This document shows, in pieces, positions 27,064 through 40,300 of a DNA stretch of 64,000 nucleotides (its first letter is position 1; each line of letters opens with the position of its first letter). The notes below the pieces were generated by a model. It was not told the origin of the DNA and searched no databases. It saw only the letters and a list, made by a program, of their open reading frames with translations. Source of the stretch: Podarcis pityusensis (Eukaryota); the NCBI GenBank assembly GCA_964106645.2, contig OZ067039.1; one strand, 5' to 3'. Position numbers and translations under genes: made by a program.

Positions 27064-27836
27064 GGTTTGCAAATAACACTAAGCCAAACCATGGCTAAAC
27101 ATGAATGTGTGATCCTGTGACTACTTGTAGCAAAAATTGCAGCTGCTTCATACCTCCCCTGGTCCTCCTGCTTCCAGGGGCAGCCCAAAGCATTTTGGTG
27201 ATTGAGACTAAATGCCCTGCTGCTGCCCCCTTGGTGGGATGTAGGAAGGGATTTCCCCCCTTGCTGAGACTCCCTGCCCTGCAGTGAACTTTTCCGCGGG
27301 CCTCCTTCTGCCCCCAGGGGCAGAGCAAGACCAGCAGCAAAGCAGAGTGGTGGAACTCCCCACTCTCGCCGAAACTAGGTGAGAGTGGGGCGTTCCAGTG
27401 GTGGCAGAAGCAGTGGGGCAGGCTGGGTGCTGCCTCTTGCATTTCTGCCGCCTGAGGCAGCTGCTTCACCCTGCCTCATTTGTGTGCCTGCTTTGCCTGC
27501 TGCCACACTGCCTGGAGCTTAACCATGGTTTGGCTTAGCATTACATCTGAACCTGGGCTTGTGATTTGTCTTGCTCCAGACAAACCATAAGCTGTAGCTA
27601 ATGGTTTGTTTGGGTGCGGGGGGGGATGGGACTTACAGCTCATGGTTTGTCTGGGGAACGCAAACCACCATGAGCCTTGATTTGGATGTGATGCCATGCC
27701 AGACCATGGCTTTGCTCCAGGAAGCATGGCAGTAGGATGACCAGAGGAGTGAAGTTGCTGCCATCTTTGCTGTGAATACATATATGCTTACACATTCGTC
27801 TTTAGCCATGGGTTGGCTTAGCATTACATGCAAACT
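27064..27836. mobile_element. Non-autonomous DNA transposon-like element with ~45-bp imperfect TIRs
   Basis: GGTTTGCAAATAACACTAAGCCAAACCATGGCTAAACATGAATGTG pairs imperfectly with CACATTCGTCTTTAGCCATGGGTTGGCTTAGCATTACATGCAAACT. Extra internal copy of the AACCATGGTTTGGCTTAGC motif at about 27521. Confidence 0.7.
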
Positions 27837-29400
27837 GTGTCAGTGTCTTACTTAACTGAGTCTGTGGTCACCTTATCATAGCAATCAGAACTGCTTGGTC
27901 TGGGAAATATTCTGTGTACTTTTAGGTGCTTCATCCTGATAAGAACTGCAGAAAAGGGACATGGTTTCCTTTCATAAATAAGTAATCTAGGTTAATTGGC
28001 TTCCAAATAGACATAATCTAAAATAGAATTGCTGTCAAGGTACTTAACTTTCCATGTATGCATTTTAGCTATTTAATGTGAAATATTTATTATAGTTCAG
28101 TTGTGCTATTTTGTCATTGCACGCTTTTAAGAGGCTATTTACTGTAACTCTTCATAGGTTGTTTTTTTTTAATAAGCATCCCAAAAAGATGTAAGATGTG
28201 ACTCTGTAAAGCTATTCATCATCTCATTACTGGGTAAATGGGGATATAAATATTTCTGTATACTACAAGTTATTTTTCAAGGTGGCATTTCCTTTCAAAT
28301 GTGAGATAATTGGCAGAAGCCTTTGTTGCTTGTGAAGTTTTAAAAATAGGCTCACACTATAACTCTAGAAAACATTCTGAATCCCATGAAATTGGATTGG
28401 CACACCGGATAATGGTAGCACAGATAGCTCAATTAATATCTGACTGAGTGCTTGGCTGCATGTTACATTCATCACATAAGAAGTAATCATGCATAATGTC
28501 AGACTTTGACCACTGAAAAATTTGAAGTACTCCTTGAAACAAGCAAAGAAAGCTAGAGTTGATTGTAGGCAGGCTGGAGACACGATAATCATTCTTTTCC
28601 TCAGTGGCTATTGCCTTAAGGTCAGGGATAGAGAATCCCAGGCCCTAATAGTGGACTGTGGGACTCTCCCAAGCCACAGCCCCTCTTTGGGTGATTCTGG
28701 TTAGCAGGAATATGTCATTGAACTGTGATCATGCCTCTTCCTGGCTAACTGGAATGTAGAAGCCTCTGACTTTTGTGTGGCTGGAATGCAGCCCACCATA
28801 CTCAGGTCACATCCATTGTTCTTCCCACCATTGCCTCTGGATCCAAGCACCACTGACTTGCAGGAGCTGAAAGCCTGTAAACGTTGAGAGGGAAATGGTT
28901 ACTAACGAACTAGCAAATAAAGAAGAACTTTTTTAAAAAAATCTTTAATGTATTTTTGTCACATATACTACCCAATTAATCATGTCCCTTAGGCAGTTCA
29001 CAGATTTCAGATAAATAAAATATGAATACAGTCAACCAAATCAATTAATATAAAAGTTGCACCAGGAGAAAAATTAGCATAAAACCATATAATAACATGG
29101 AATAAATGGTTGGTGGATGAATTAAGTTGGCCAGTAGTTCCTGGGAATGGGCCACAGACTTGTGAGCTGCCTTCTCTCTCGTGAGAATTCTCTCTTTTCC
29201 TGCCTCTATCATTATGGTTAATAACTACATCGGCACTGACCTTAACACTGTTTCATGTTAACCAAGGTTCCCATTGTGCCTATGGTTTGCAGAACTGCTT
29301 CAAAATGTTGATTGTGGTAGAAACACTGGTTAGGTTGATGCAATTTAATACCTAGCCATGATAATGGGTTATGAGAAAGGGTTGGAGAAATTACTGTATG

Positions 29401-29508
29401 ACAGGGATGGGGAACTGCTAACCCTCCAGATGTCAGCCCCACCCATGGTTGGGATGATGGGAGTTGTAATCCAACAACCACTTGAAGGCTGCCGATTTCT
29501 CATCCTTG
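29401..29508. mobile_element. Degraded copy of the hAT-type MITE family (another remnant at ~38158-38260)
   Basis: Shares CCCTCCAGATG and GGGATGATGGGAGTTGTA with the 34228 element. Confidence 0.6.
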
Positions 29509-29925
29509 CTGTATGAAATGTAGATCTTGGAAAAGAGTGTGTGATTCTGTGACCTGTTCAAATCTCTTGGCTAAGATTAGAAATCAGGATTGTTACCCAA
29601 AGTTCTCGCGAGCTCTCATACATACACTCCTGTTCTCTCAAATGTGTTTGCCTAGCAAGAAGAGACAGTAGCCTACGTTCAGCTTTTAAAATGTATACCC
29701 AATTGAATAATTAAAAGCTGAAGAAAACAAAACATGTGTGTAGGAAGCTGTGGTATCGGTTCACCTTGGGGTAAGTCACTATTAAGTGATAGCTGCAAAA
29801 GGGTATGCTTTTCTGGTTATCGTAGGTGAATTTTGAAGAGCAATGAGACTGCTTCTCTCTTAATTTTTTTGAGACATTGTAAGCACAATAACCCCAGAAG
29901 ACTGCAGACTTTTTTTTGTCTGTAT

Positions 29926-30104
29926 AGGGAAGGACCATAGCTTTGAGGTTGAGAATGTTTTGTGTGTAGAAGGTCCAGATTCAATTCATAGCAGGTAGGG
30001 AGTACTCCCTGTCTCTTAAACCCTGGAGAGGTGCTGCCAGTTGGTGTAGACAGCACTGAGTTAGATGGATCAATAGTATGTTTTGGTATAGGGCAGCTTC
30101 CTGT
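29926..30104 (+). mobile_element. tRNA-derived squamate SINE (related minus-strand copies at ~2878-3010, ~6240-6420, ~35728-35920, ~40640-40815)
   Basis: tRNA-like head (GGACCATAGCT...GGTCCAGATTCAATTC) and a shared tail (...CTGAGTTAGATGGATCA...GGCAGCTTCCT) recur several times in the window. Confidence 0.6.
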
Positions 30105-30645
30105 ATATAGAGGGGATTTTTGTTTGGGGGTAAATGTGTATCAATAGCCTCCTAAAGAAGCATATTTGCTTGGTTTTTCTTCCTGGAATGTTTTTTTTTT
30201 TTTTTTTTAAAGTACTGCACTTTTGTATTTTAGCAGAGACAGTGAGTTATACTACCCAAACAATTGTCCTCTAAACTATTGTCAAATGTTAGGGAACTTT
30301 GTTTTTGTTGACCACCTTCCTGAATCCTCCATTATTTGCCTGCCTTGAGCAGCTGTCATTTTCAGTATGATATTTATATCCACAAGAGTGTCTGCAGAAG
30401 TCTTTCTCTAGAGACTTAATTGCATTTCCTTTATGAGAGATTTGACTTTCATGGACTGAACTTGACACAGAGAGACATGCTTCTCCTCCTCCTCACTACA
30501 GTTATTTGAGATGGCAATAATAATGAATCAGACTATACTTTCTTCCCTATAATAAAATATACTGCGTAGTCTCAAATGGTCATCAGTTGCCTGGAAGTAG
30601 GGCAGGAAGAAGCTGATTAACTGAAGGAGGATAGTGGTATAATAA

Positions 30646-31510
30646 AAACATAAGAAGAGCCCTGCTGGATCAGATCAAGCCTTCATTTAGTTTAGCATCC
30701 TGTTTTCCAGAGTGATCAACCAGATGCCTCCAGCAAGTCATCAAACAAGGCGTGGATGCAATAGGCCTCCCATGTGTCCATCCCTCTTAATGGGTATTCA
30801 GTGGAATATTGTTTACGAAAATGAATCTTCCACTTAGCCACCCTGGCTGATAGCTACTGATAGATCTATCCTGAATGATTTTACAAAATCCTCATTTAAA
30901 GTAATCTAAAGCTAGTGTTGGTAACCACATCTTGTGGTAGTGAATCCATCAGTTATGCATTGTGTAAAGATGTGCTTTATCTTGTCTGTCCTGAATCTAC
31001 TGCCAGTTTCATTGGGTGACTCCCAATTTCTAGCATTATGAGAGTGGGAGGACACGTTTTCAATATACACCACCTTCATGCCATAGACTCATTGAATTGT
31101 GGAGTAGGGAAGGAACCACAAGTGTCATCTAGTGCAACACCCTGTAATGCAGGAATCTTTTGCCAAACATGGGGCTTGATTCCATGACCCTGAGATTAAA
31201 GGTCTAATGTTTATAAACCTGTTTCAAAAAAAAACCCCAAACCCTTTAGGTGTTACTAAACTGAAAAGTCCCAAGTGTGTTAGTCATTCCTTGTAGGGAA
31301 AGTGCCTTAACCCACTTGATCACTTTGGTTGCCCATTTTGCATTGAATCCATTTCTGTACTATGGGGTACTATGGATTTCAAATCCAGCCACACCAGAGA
31401 TTTTATAGAATGACATTATGATACTGATAGTCGTCTTGTCAATGCTTTGCCTGGAATTTTCCTCTTTTTTAACACTACACACTGAGTTAATGTTTTTGTC
31501 GAGCTATCCA
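30646..31510 (-). mobile_element. Degraded CR1 LINE 3' fragment with a nested SINE
   Basis: Starts AACATAAGAAGAGCCCTGCTGGATCAG..., resembling reptilian CR1 3' ends, and continues into decayed ORF2-like sequence. Recognised from memory of the family, not by search. Confidence 0.6.
31082..31210 (-). mobile_element. tRNA-Lys-derived SINE fragment with CR1-type tail, nested in CR1 (related tail fragment at ~41897-41970)
   Basis: GCCAAACATGGGGCTTGATTCCATGACCCTGAGATTAAAGGTCTAATG aligns with mismatches to the reverse complement of tRNA-Lys(CTT). It is preceded by a CATAGA(A/C)TCAT-type CR1 tail. Confidence 0.65.
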
Positions 31511-31883
31511 TAATAATCTTTTTTATCTACCATAACCCTATTTTATTTTATTAAACTCTTTTAAATATTGTACTGTATTTTATATTGTTGTACCCTGCCC
31601 TGAGACCTTAGGGTGACGTATGAGTAATAAATCAAACTGTTATTAACATTAATAATGAATAATAATAACCCCACAATCTTTCCAAGTTACTAACCGTCAG
31701 TTGATTAATATACCTGTGAATTTGGGATTAAGTATTCAGCTCTGCTAAGCTTTCACACTGTTGTGTGAGGTTAGTTAAAAGTAACCAAAGCAAAGTCATG
31801 AAGTGCTCTTAAAATGGTGAAATACTTAGGTTAATGATGTTGAGGAAGAATAAAAAATTATCTCCCTTTTAGATGAAGTCATT

Positions 31884-31886
<3 letters not shown>

Positions 31887-31914
<28 letters not shown>
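31887..31914. repeat. (AT)n microsatellite
   Basis: Directly visible. Confidence 0.9.
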
Positions 31915-31918
<4 letters not shown>

Positions 31919-34227
31919 TTCCTGTTCCATTCTTAAAATCTATGAAAATAAAGTGGTGATAGTATTAATGAGAGCAGATTAGGTTATTGTAGGAGGTACA
32001 TTAAATGTATCAAGCCCAGCTGGTTGCATCATATTAAACTGCTAAGACAACTACTGTACAGTGTTTTTATGTATGTTGATCATTGAGGATAAGATTTCTA
32101 TAACACCTCACTTTTTTCTTCCAGTGTTAAAATAAAATGGTGCCACTTACAACTAGAATGGGGAAGTACTGGCAAACTATGGGAAAGCCCCAATATAATA
32201 TGTTAAATAATAGTGGAAGCTTTCTTGAAGCAGCAAGCAAAATCTAGAAATAGGAGGATGCAGAAACATTCTGCTTGTGTTTTCTTAGTCCACCTCTTAT
32301 ATGCAAGAAAAAGAAATTTTGGTGACAAGAAGACTGTGTCACAAAGAAGTTCAGAGCTTCAACGTGCCTTCTTAGTCTGTCTTTTTCAAGTTGCAAAATG
32401 CTGACTCAAAAGCTAGTTGGGTGACATTAAGTGCTGTGTGCAGCAAGCTACAGCACATTACTTTCTGCATTAATTAGAGAGCCTGTTGCATGTATTGCAA
32501 CACAGCTGCCTTGTAATAATTCTGTAATATGAAGAAATTCTAGTTTTTTATGCAAACCCCATGGTTTTCTAATGTATGGAACATTGCTTTATCTGAATGT
32601 TGATAGAGTATAGTCTGTATAGTCTGGGGCAAAACCAAATTGAACAGTTTTGATGCAGCCTAGTGTCCATTTTTATATTATCTAAATCGGGAGCACCGTA
32701 TAAGTACCCCTCCCATGACTCACTCCTTGATGTGGTTGGTTGATATAGACTCAGCTTCAAGTCTTGGTTATATGTAACTGCACCTCTGTTTTTATACTGA
32801 ATCTGCTCCATGTATGGTTTCATTATTGCTTGTATGGTTATGCATTAATTTGCCCATATGTTTTTGATAAATCAATACAAATTTTCAAAAGGAAAAAAAA
32901 ACCCCTGTTTAGATAGAATATGAGGAGGGAAGTAAAGGAATGATTTAAACTCTCACTTCATTTATTTCTATGATGGGCCCATTATTTTTTCTGTAGATTT
33001 GCTGATTTTTCTGAAGTGCCTATTATGCTTGGAACACTTTCTGTGTGAAGGTTTTGTGGTTTGAGGACTTCTCTTGAGGTTGCAGTCACATGTGTCCATT
33101 TGCAGTAAAACGGCAACCACTGACTTGTTGAACATCCTTTGACGGAGCTTTCAGAAAGCCACAGCCACTAGTGTGCAAGATCAAAGGCAAATGAGTGACT
33201 TATTCAGTATTTTGGACAACTAATAAACAGCTCACTGAAACTATGCTTAAAATACAGCCTTATTCAAGGAAGTTATTCTAAAGTAAGCTGCCTCCTTCAA
33301 ATAAGACATAATGCTAACTAATCACTATTTGAGCTTGTTTTTAGAGAGATGAGTAGAGCCAAGTGACCCCTTGGCTTGAAGAGGCTGTAAACCTCCCAGT
33401 GGCTTGCTTAAGGTGGTAATGCCTAATAAGAAGCCAAGTTTTTAAAGTTCAAAACATAACCAGACTGGTTACCAGCTTTGTACATTCTCAGGAGATAGGG
33501 GAGTGTCAAAATCATTATATTGGTGCTTTCTCCCCCTTCATTGATGATACTTGAAGGATCTGTATGGAACTCGAACCCTCTTAAGGCATATTTTATACAA
33601 GTTAAGTAAACATGCGGGGGGGGGGGGGGCATGGAAGCAGGCATACTAGCTCCACCACCACCAAACCTGCCATTCTTCTGATTTCCCTCCACAAATTGGA
33701 AAGTCAGGGTTATAAAATGTGTGGGAGCCTCAGTGAGTGCAGGAGATTTCCAGCTTCAGAAGACTGCCTCCAACCCAGAAGAACTGGTGGGGATGGGCAC
33801 ATGTGCTTCTCCCCATGGCCCCCTCTTGTATGTTTACTTAACATGTATAGAGAACACCTGAAGAAGGCTTTTGTGTCCTCTGTCATTGTTGTTCATTTTC
33901 ATTCGTTTCAGTAGTAGGTGGGTTCTCTTGGAAAACAAAAAGAAAGTGGGGCACTTGTGTAAAAATGCATGTAGGAGGTGCTTGTGTGGTATTGGATAAG
34001 ATGAGTGCTGGACTTTCAGCAGAACAAGCTTCTGCAAAGTATGAGTAGAGAAACAAGAAAATGACTTTGGCATGTTAAGTATGTTAACTTAATATGTTAA
34101 GTGTAGAAGGTGGGGTGGACTGGACTGGGAAGGGAGGGGAGCCTAGAACATGTGTTTGATGGGGTTAACTTTCAAAAGATTTAGGAGAATGAAGAAGTCA
34201 TCTGATTGGGAAGTTGATACTTTTGAT

Positions 34228-34363
34228 CAGGCATAGGCAAACTCAGCCCTCCAGATGTTTAGGGACTACAGCTCCCATCATCCCTGACCACTGGTCCTGT
34301 TAGCTAGGGATGATGGGAGTTGTAGTCCCAAAACATCTGGAGGGCCGAGTTTGCCTGTGCCTG
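34228..34363. mobile_element. Palindromic hAT-type MITE (136 bp)
   Basis: TIRs CAGGCATAGGCAAACTC...GAGTTTGCCTGTGCCTG, near-palindromic throughout. 8-bp TSD CTTTTGAT at 34220-34227 and 34364-34371. Confidence 0.9.
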
Positions 34364-37300
34364 CTTTTGATTCTAGCTGAAAGTAGAGGTGTAACATTTC
34401 TGGAATTTTTGAAGCCATTTAGCCTGCCTTCTAAGGGGAAAGAGAAATATATGCATTATGTTCTTCTCATACCTAAACTTAGATTGCCACCTTGAGATCG
34501 TGACATGTATTGTGCGTAATTTAGCAAATAATACTACATTGTTTGCTATGAATGTCTTTAAAGTTTTATTCAAACAACAATTATATACTGTAGTCAGTGC
34601 TTAAGAGGGACCTGCAAGTTGCTGGACCTAAAAGTGAAAAAATGTATTTTGGATTTTGCTAGTTGGCAAAATAATAATAAAATAAAAATTGACAATGGGA
34701 ATGCTTGACACTGTAGTATACAAAAGGGAGGCTTTATTATCTGGACTTAGTGAGGGTGGCTTGTATCCAGAGAACTGTGCGATTAGCTTTGCATACCAAG
34801 GAAGCTTTGGAATTGTTTTTCTCAAATAGCAGTTCCCCTTTCTCATTTATGGCAAACCTCTTTTGAACCAGAAGAATTTTATAAGCCGTCTGTGCTATGG
34901 AGTGCAATTTCCAACTTTAAAGGAAAAGGGCCTAAGATCCCCCACCCTTGAGGTTGCAGAAGGCTGGTCTGAGGCAAAGTGCTCATTCAGCCCTTTCAAT
35001 GAATCCTATGTCTTCTAGGCGAGGCATCACTTTTAACTCTTAAGGTAGCATTTATGAAATGGCAGTTGGCTTTTATAATGCATTTGCTACCTGACATACC
35101 CCTCAGTATTTTGGACAACTTCTTAACGAATGTTGCTATTGAATTGTCATTTGGCTCCAATCTACTTTGTGGGAGTTCAGTTAAATGTGCCTTACTTAGA
35201 GACCTCTGCATGAGAGGACATTGGAGGTGCTCTCCTTCACTTCAGTGAAACCAACAAATGTAAGCCTCATTTTTGAAAAATGACACATCAAAAGAATGAA
35301 TAGACCCAAAATAGCAGCAAGAATCCGCCAAGGTCATTGAGCAATAACCACGGTACAATAGCTTGTGAAGAAAGAAACTGCTTCTATGATGAAACCTACT
35401 TTTCTCTTCTGGTGTCTGAAGAATTTCAAAGTCTGTGCCAGAGGATGCCACTGTCACAAAGAAGAGAATTGACTGTGTAACAAACTTCATTTTGAGGTCA
35501 TTAGAAATGACATAGTTAATAGATCCTTTTTTCTTAGTGTCTCTTTTTCAAAATTAATTTCTTTCATGTTTTCATGCTGGTCTGATTTACCTTTTTGGAT
35601 TGTATGAAAACTAACGGGAAAAAATACACTGATTGTGTTTCTGGTGCTGGTTTCCTTATTTGGCTTGATGTCCATGTGGTGGTTGCAAGCTCCGGACTGC
35701 TCCTTTCTTATAAAACAGCTTATAAAGAAACATAGGAGGCCAACTTGTACTGAGTCATACACTGATCCACCTAGCTCAGTATTGCCTAGACTAACTGGCA
35801 GAAGCTTTCCATGGTTTCAGGCATAGGGCATTCACAGCTGTACCTGGAGATGCTGAGGATAAAGCCTGAGACCTTTTGCATGCAAGGCAGATACTTTACC
35901 AGTTAGCCATTTCACTTCCCAAAGGTCTGCTGAAAAGTTCCAAAAAGGGGGCAAGGGAGTTCTAAGTTGAAACTGAGTGAATTAGACAAAGTCATCTCTA
36001 TGAGAAATGCAACTTACAGAGAGCTCACAAACCTCCCTTTATCTCAAGCTAATTCTTTCTTCCCCAGTGCTGGATATAGGCAGAAACAGGACTCTTGAGG
36101 GCCTCCCTTCATGTGAAGTTATTAGAGCAATGATTGTGCAGTTCTTATCTATTTGTTGCTCAATAGCTGCAATACTTTCTTCATGGAAAGACTTCTGTTT
36201 CAGAAGTTGTTTCCTTTTCTCGGAACGTACTCTCAATGTGATATATCAGCCTTCATCAATCACACCACAGAACTGCAATTGCAATGGCCAAATGTTGCTA
36301 TTGCAATGGCTGTTGCTAGTGACATCATAAGTGACAAAGCAATAAAGGCCTACTTACATGCCAATGCCATTTTGTGGGCATTTATTTTTACAGTTTCTTA
36401 TGGCTGCCGGCTGCACTGCTGTGCAACATCAGTGCTTGATTGCTTATACAGCAGTATTTGAAGCTATTTGGTGGTTCCGTCTTTCCACAGAGTCATTTGA
36501 GGAACTATTAAAGTTTCTATCCCACCTAACCTGGTATTTAGTTAGCATTCAGCTGGACAGGGCAAATTTCAGCTGCTGTATTTAATTCTGTGATTACACT
36601 CTTCAATCTTTGGGGTCTGCCCTCCTGGGAGCGTTTGTAGATCTGTTCTAATTAAGCTGATAACTTGTAGATAAAGACACAATCTCTCTCATTTTCTTAC
36701 AATGGAATTATCAGTGTCACTTCATTTTACAGCGAACCAAGTTCAAACTTGGAAACTCAAGAATTTTTATTTCTGAGTTGTAAGCTTACCTCCCCACCCT
36801 CCTTTAAGCCAAGTGTTGGATGACTATTGACATTCAAAGCTTTAAATAAATTTCAGTTCCTGCTACAAAGTTGTCTGGGTTTTTTTAATTAAATAGGTAT
36901 TAAGTAAAATAAAAAATATTAAATAAGCATTAGTTTATTGCACAATCATAGTATAAGCTGATTACTTGTAAAGCTGTATATTGAACATTCCATCTGAAGT
37001 TTAGTTTTGCATATAGTGAGGCTTGTTATTTAAATAAGCAAAGGATGAAGCGATTCTGGAGAGACTTGTTTGGAATATGTTCTGGGATGTATAGACATAC
37101 AGGTACATTCAGAACAGACCCATGATGGAGCTGTGACAGTGTTGGGTGAGCACAGGGCCAGTAGTGGCAACTGCACCAGAGTGAGCAAAAAGATGGAGAT
37201 GACAGGTAGGGAACTGCCGAAGTTCTGAAGCAGAGAACTTGTGAGATAAGAGCCTCCCATCCCCTTAGCCTACTGTGGTTGTCCTTTGGATTTGCTGCCA

Positions 37301-40300
37301 CTCACCTTGTGACTCCACCTTGGTTCTCACCTGCCACATTATGCCCAGGAATTAGTGTAGGTTTGGTTGTGTACAGTGGTGACAGCGGGAACTGAAGTAG
37401 GAACAGGGAGAACTAACCTGAGGAGGGGATGAGAGCACCAACCTCTTTCATGGCCAGTGCCTTGGCCTGCTTTGTGAGGAAAAGACAAAGTGTTCAACAT
37501 GTTTTTAAAGAGTTCACGTTACTATACACCCTTGCATCATTATTTCTCTTTTAGCACTATACAATACACCACATGATGCAGTATTTCAGACAGTAGGAGT
37601 TTACAGGAACACTGCCTAAGGTGTTGGAACTTAGTGCTGAAGTACTGGATTATCCTGCAAACACCCACCAAAGAAACAATATATGCAACAAAGCTCACTG
37701 GCAGCTCTGTCCATCTGTTTATTATGGCAACACTATTGCTGGACAGTCATGTTGACTATTCTACCATATCTAGTGCCATAGTATATCCTCTTCCATCATT
37801 GCCCTGCAGTGGTCTTTTAGGTTGTGGTGGGGTGGGGATGAGCAAAGAAAACTGTAAATGAAACATTAATTAATATATATTTCAGTTCTTCTAGATGCCC
37901 TATTTCTGGCCAGTGTTTCAATATTCACAGCTCCTAATTCAGAAATAACATTTTAAAGAGTTTGGGGGTGTTTCTTCTGCTCAGGCAGTGGACAAATGAC
38001 CACCCCCCCTTTTGTTAAGCAGCCCTTAAACATGTTGCTCACTGCATCACTGTAATGCGCAGTTAACCTTTGTTTCACCTTAAGCTCAGTTTCCAACCTG
38101 TGTTTATATATATATACCTCAGCTCTTCAAAACTTAGCTCATCTTTATTGGAATAGGACAGCCTTCCCCAGTGTGGTACCCTCCAAATATTTCTGAGTAC
38201 AAACCACATTATCACAGGTCACTGGTTGGAGCTGATAGGAATTGGAATCCAAACTGGAGTTGTTTCCTTTGAAAGGAGATACTCTCTTAATTTGAGAGCC
38301 ATAAGAAAAGGGTTGACCAATTTGCAGCTAAAGTCTAATGAATTTGAGTTATTGTATCATGATGGGAAACCATATTAAAAAAAGAGCATGCACCTGTCTA
38401 ATTCAAAGACAAAGAGCTAAAATTTCTAGATACCTTAAATGACAGTGCTGTAGAATAGTTGGTTATGGCAGCAACTCTAGACCTGTTATTGAGTGGCTCC
38501 CAGGACCTGGTATAAGAGATAAAATTAAATTTAAAATACCCTACATGTTTTTATTTATAATTTTAACGATAATTACATTTATAATCTGCCCTATCCTGTT
38601 GATTTAGTGTTCCATATACAGTATACACATTTAATCTGGTTGTTAAATGTCAGCCCAAAGAAGAGAATTCTACAATTGTTTTGCAAGTATTTTATTTTGC
38701 CATTCAACATTTCTTGGCTCATTTAATTTTTTTTTTTTTTAAAAAAGTGACTTTTCTTATTTTTATTTCCTGAGAATCGGCCATCTTAGAAATAAACCAT
38801 TCCATAATGTCTGTCTGATATTGTGAAAACCTATGCAAGTTTGTATGGTGCATATGCATATAAGACTTAATATTTTTGGTAATCTGAACATTGTGTTTAC
38901 AGCCACCCTGAATAAAGTTACTGATTTTATAAGTAAAGTTCCCTAATCAGACTGCTACCCAGAGAAATTACAAACAGGTTGTTACTTAAAGGTTGTAACT
39001 GTGGCTGGATTTATTGTTTTTTTTTCTTTTATAAATAATTTGGGTTCTGTTTTGTAATATACCTCAAACTTCAGGTATTTTACAATCTAGCCCTTCCAAC
39101 TGCTTTGTCATTGCTATTTCTTACATTAACTTCATGTGAGCTAATCTCATTCACATTACCTGCACATGAGCCACTTTCTCACATTAGTGTCCCATGCATG
39201 AATTGATCTTTCTCTTCTGATGCTGTAAATGTAAGAAGGGTTTTGGACAATTTGTCATGAATTAATTTGAGGGATCGGAACTTTATTTGCTGTTCTTAAA
39301 TGCTGGACCAGGTTAAGCAAAATTTGTGTTGGATATTTTATGTTGTAGCATGTAGGTTTCTTTCACTCAGATCAGAGCAATGCAGTGATGCTAGCAAATT
39401 CCTTACTGCTTGAGTTATTCTTTGTTCTCTCTAATTGTAGCTGCCCCAGGAACAATTTTGCCTACAATTGACTACAAAGTACAGACGCTAATTCAATACC
39501 ATCAAGATTCTCAGTATTTATGGTTGATAGTGTAATTTGTAACTGGGTGATTTTCGAGTACTGTACTCAAAATTTAGAGTATAGAAGCACATTGAAAATC
39601 TTAGGTCAATATGCAACATCAGCCACCAGGAACACACACCAATTTGAACCACCTGTTGGATCCCAGTAGTTTCCTGAGCTTTAGTAAAGTGCTAATGACC
39701 TTTAGAGGCTTGGCTTTTGATACCTCTCTGCACCTGGCCTGGGGCGGGGCCTGACAGGCCTCATAAGGACTGCTCCTGTGACTGCTGCCCAGCAAGCACT
39801 GGGGTATTTCAGCTGAAGTTTGGAAGAAAAAGTTTGCTGGTAGGTTCAGAGAAACTGTTTCTTAGCACACATTTCAGCTTAGAGCATTCATTGTTTCAAT
39901 ATGTGATGAAGGCTCCTAGCTTAGATGGTTCTCTTGCTCTCTCTCTCTTTTAAAGGTCTAGACAAGTTAATGGAGATTAGATACATCAATGACTATTAGC
40001 AGTAGTAACTAATGAAAAATGGGTATTCTATCTGCTTAACAAATATGGGGTGGTTGTCGTCTTCATGATCTGCTTGTGAACTTTCCTATGGCATCTGACC
40101 AGTTGCAAAGTGCTGGATTAGATGGATCATTGTTGCTGTGATCCACTTAGGCCATTCTTTTCTTGCATTCTAGTAGATCAGGTTAAGCATTTTAGCTTAT
40201 GTTCCCTAGTTTACAAAATTTATGAAAGTAATTACAGAATAAACTGTACAGGAATTTTTGGTTTAACAACAAATGTGTTGCCACTTTGGTATGTAAATAG

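Noticed and set aside
30266-30290. GTCCTCTAAACTATT, resembling codons for the start of exon 3 (G-x-L-N-Y)
   Set aside because: No acceptor AG in front, similarity ends after 15 nt and there is no donor at +51. Probably chance, though a decayed remnant cannot be fully excluded.
31150-31210. Possible tRNA-Lys gene
   Set aside because: Truncated, many mismatches, and fused to a LINE-like tail, so it is a SINE head rather than a functional tRNA.
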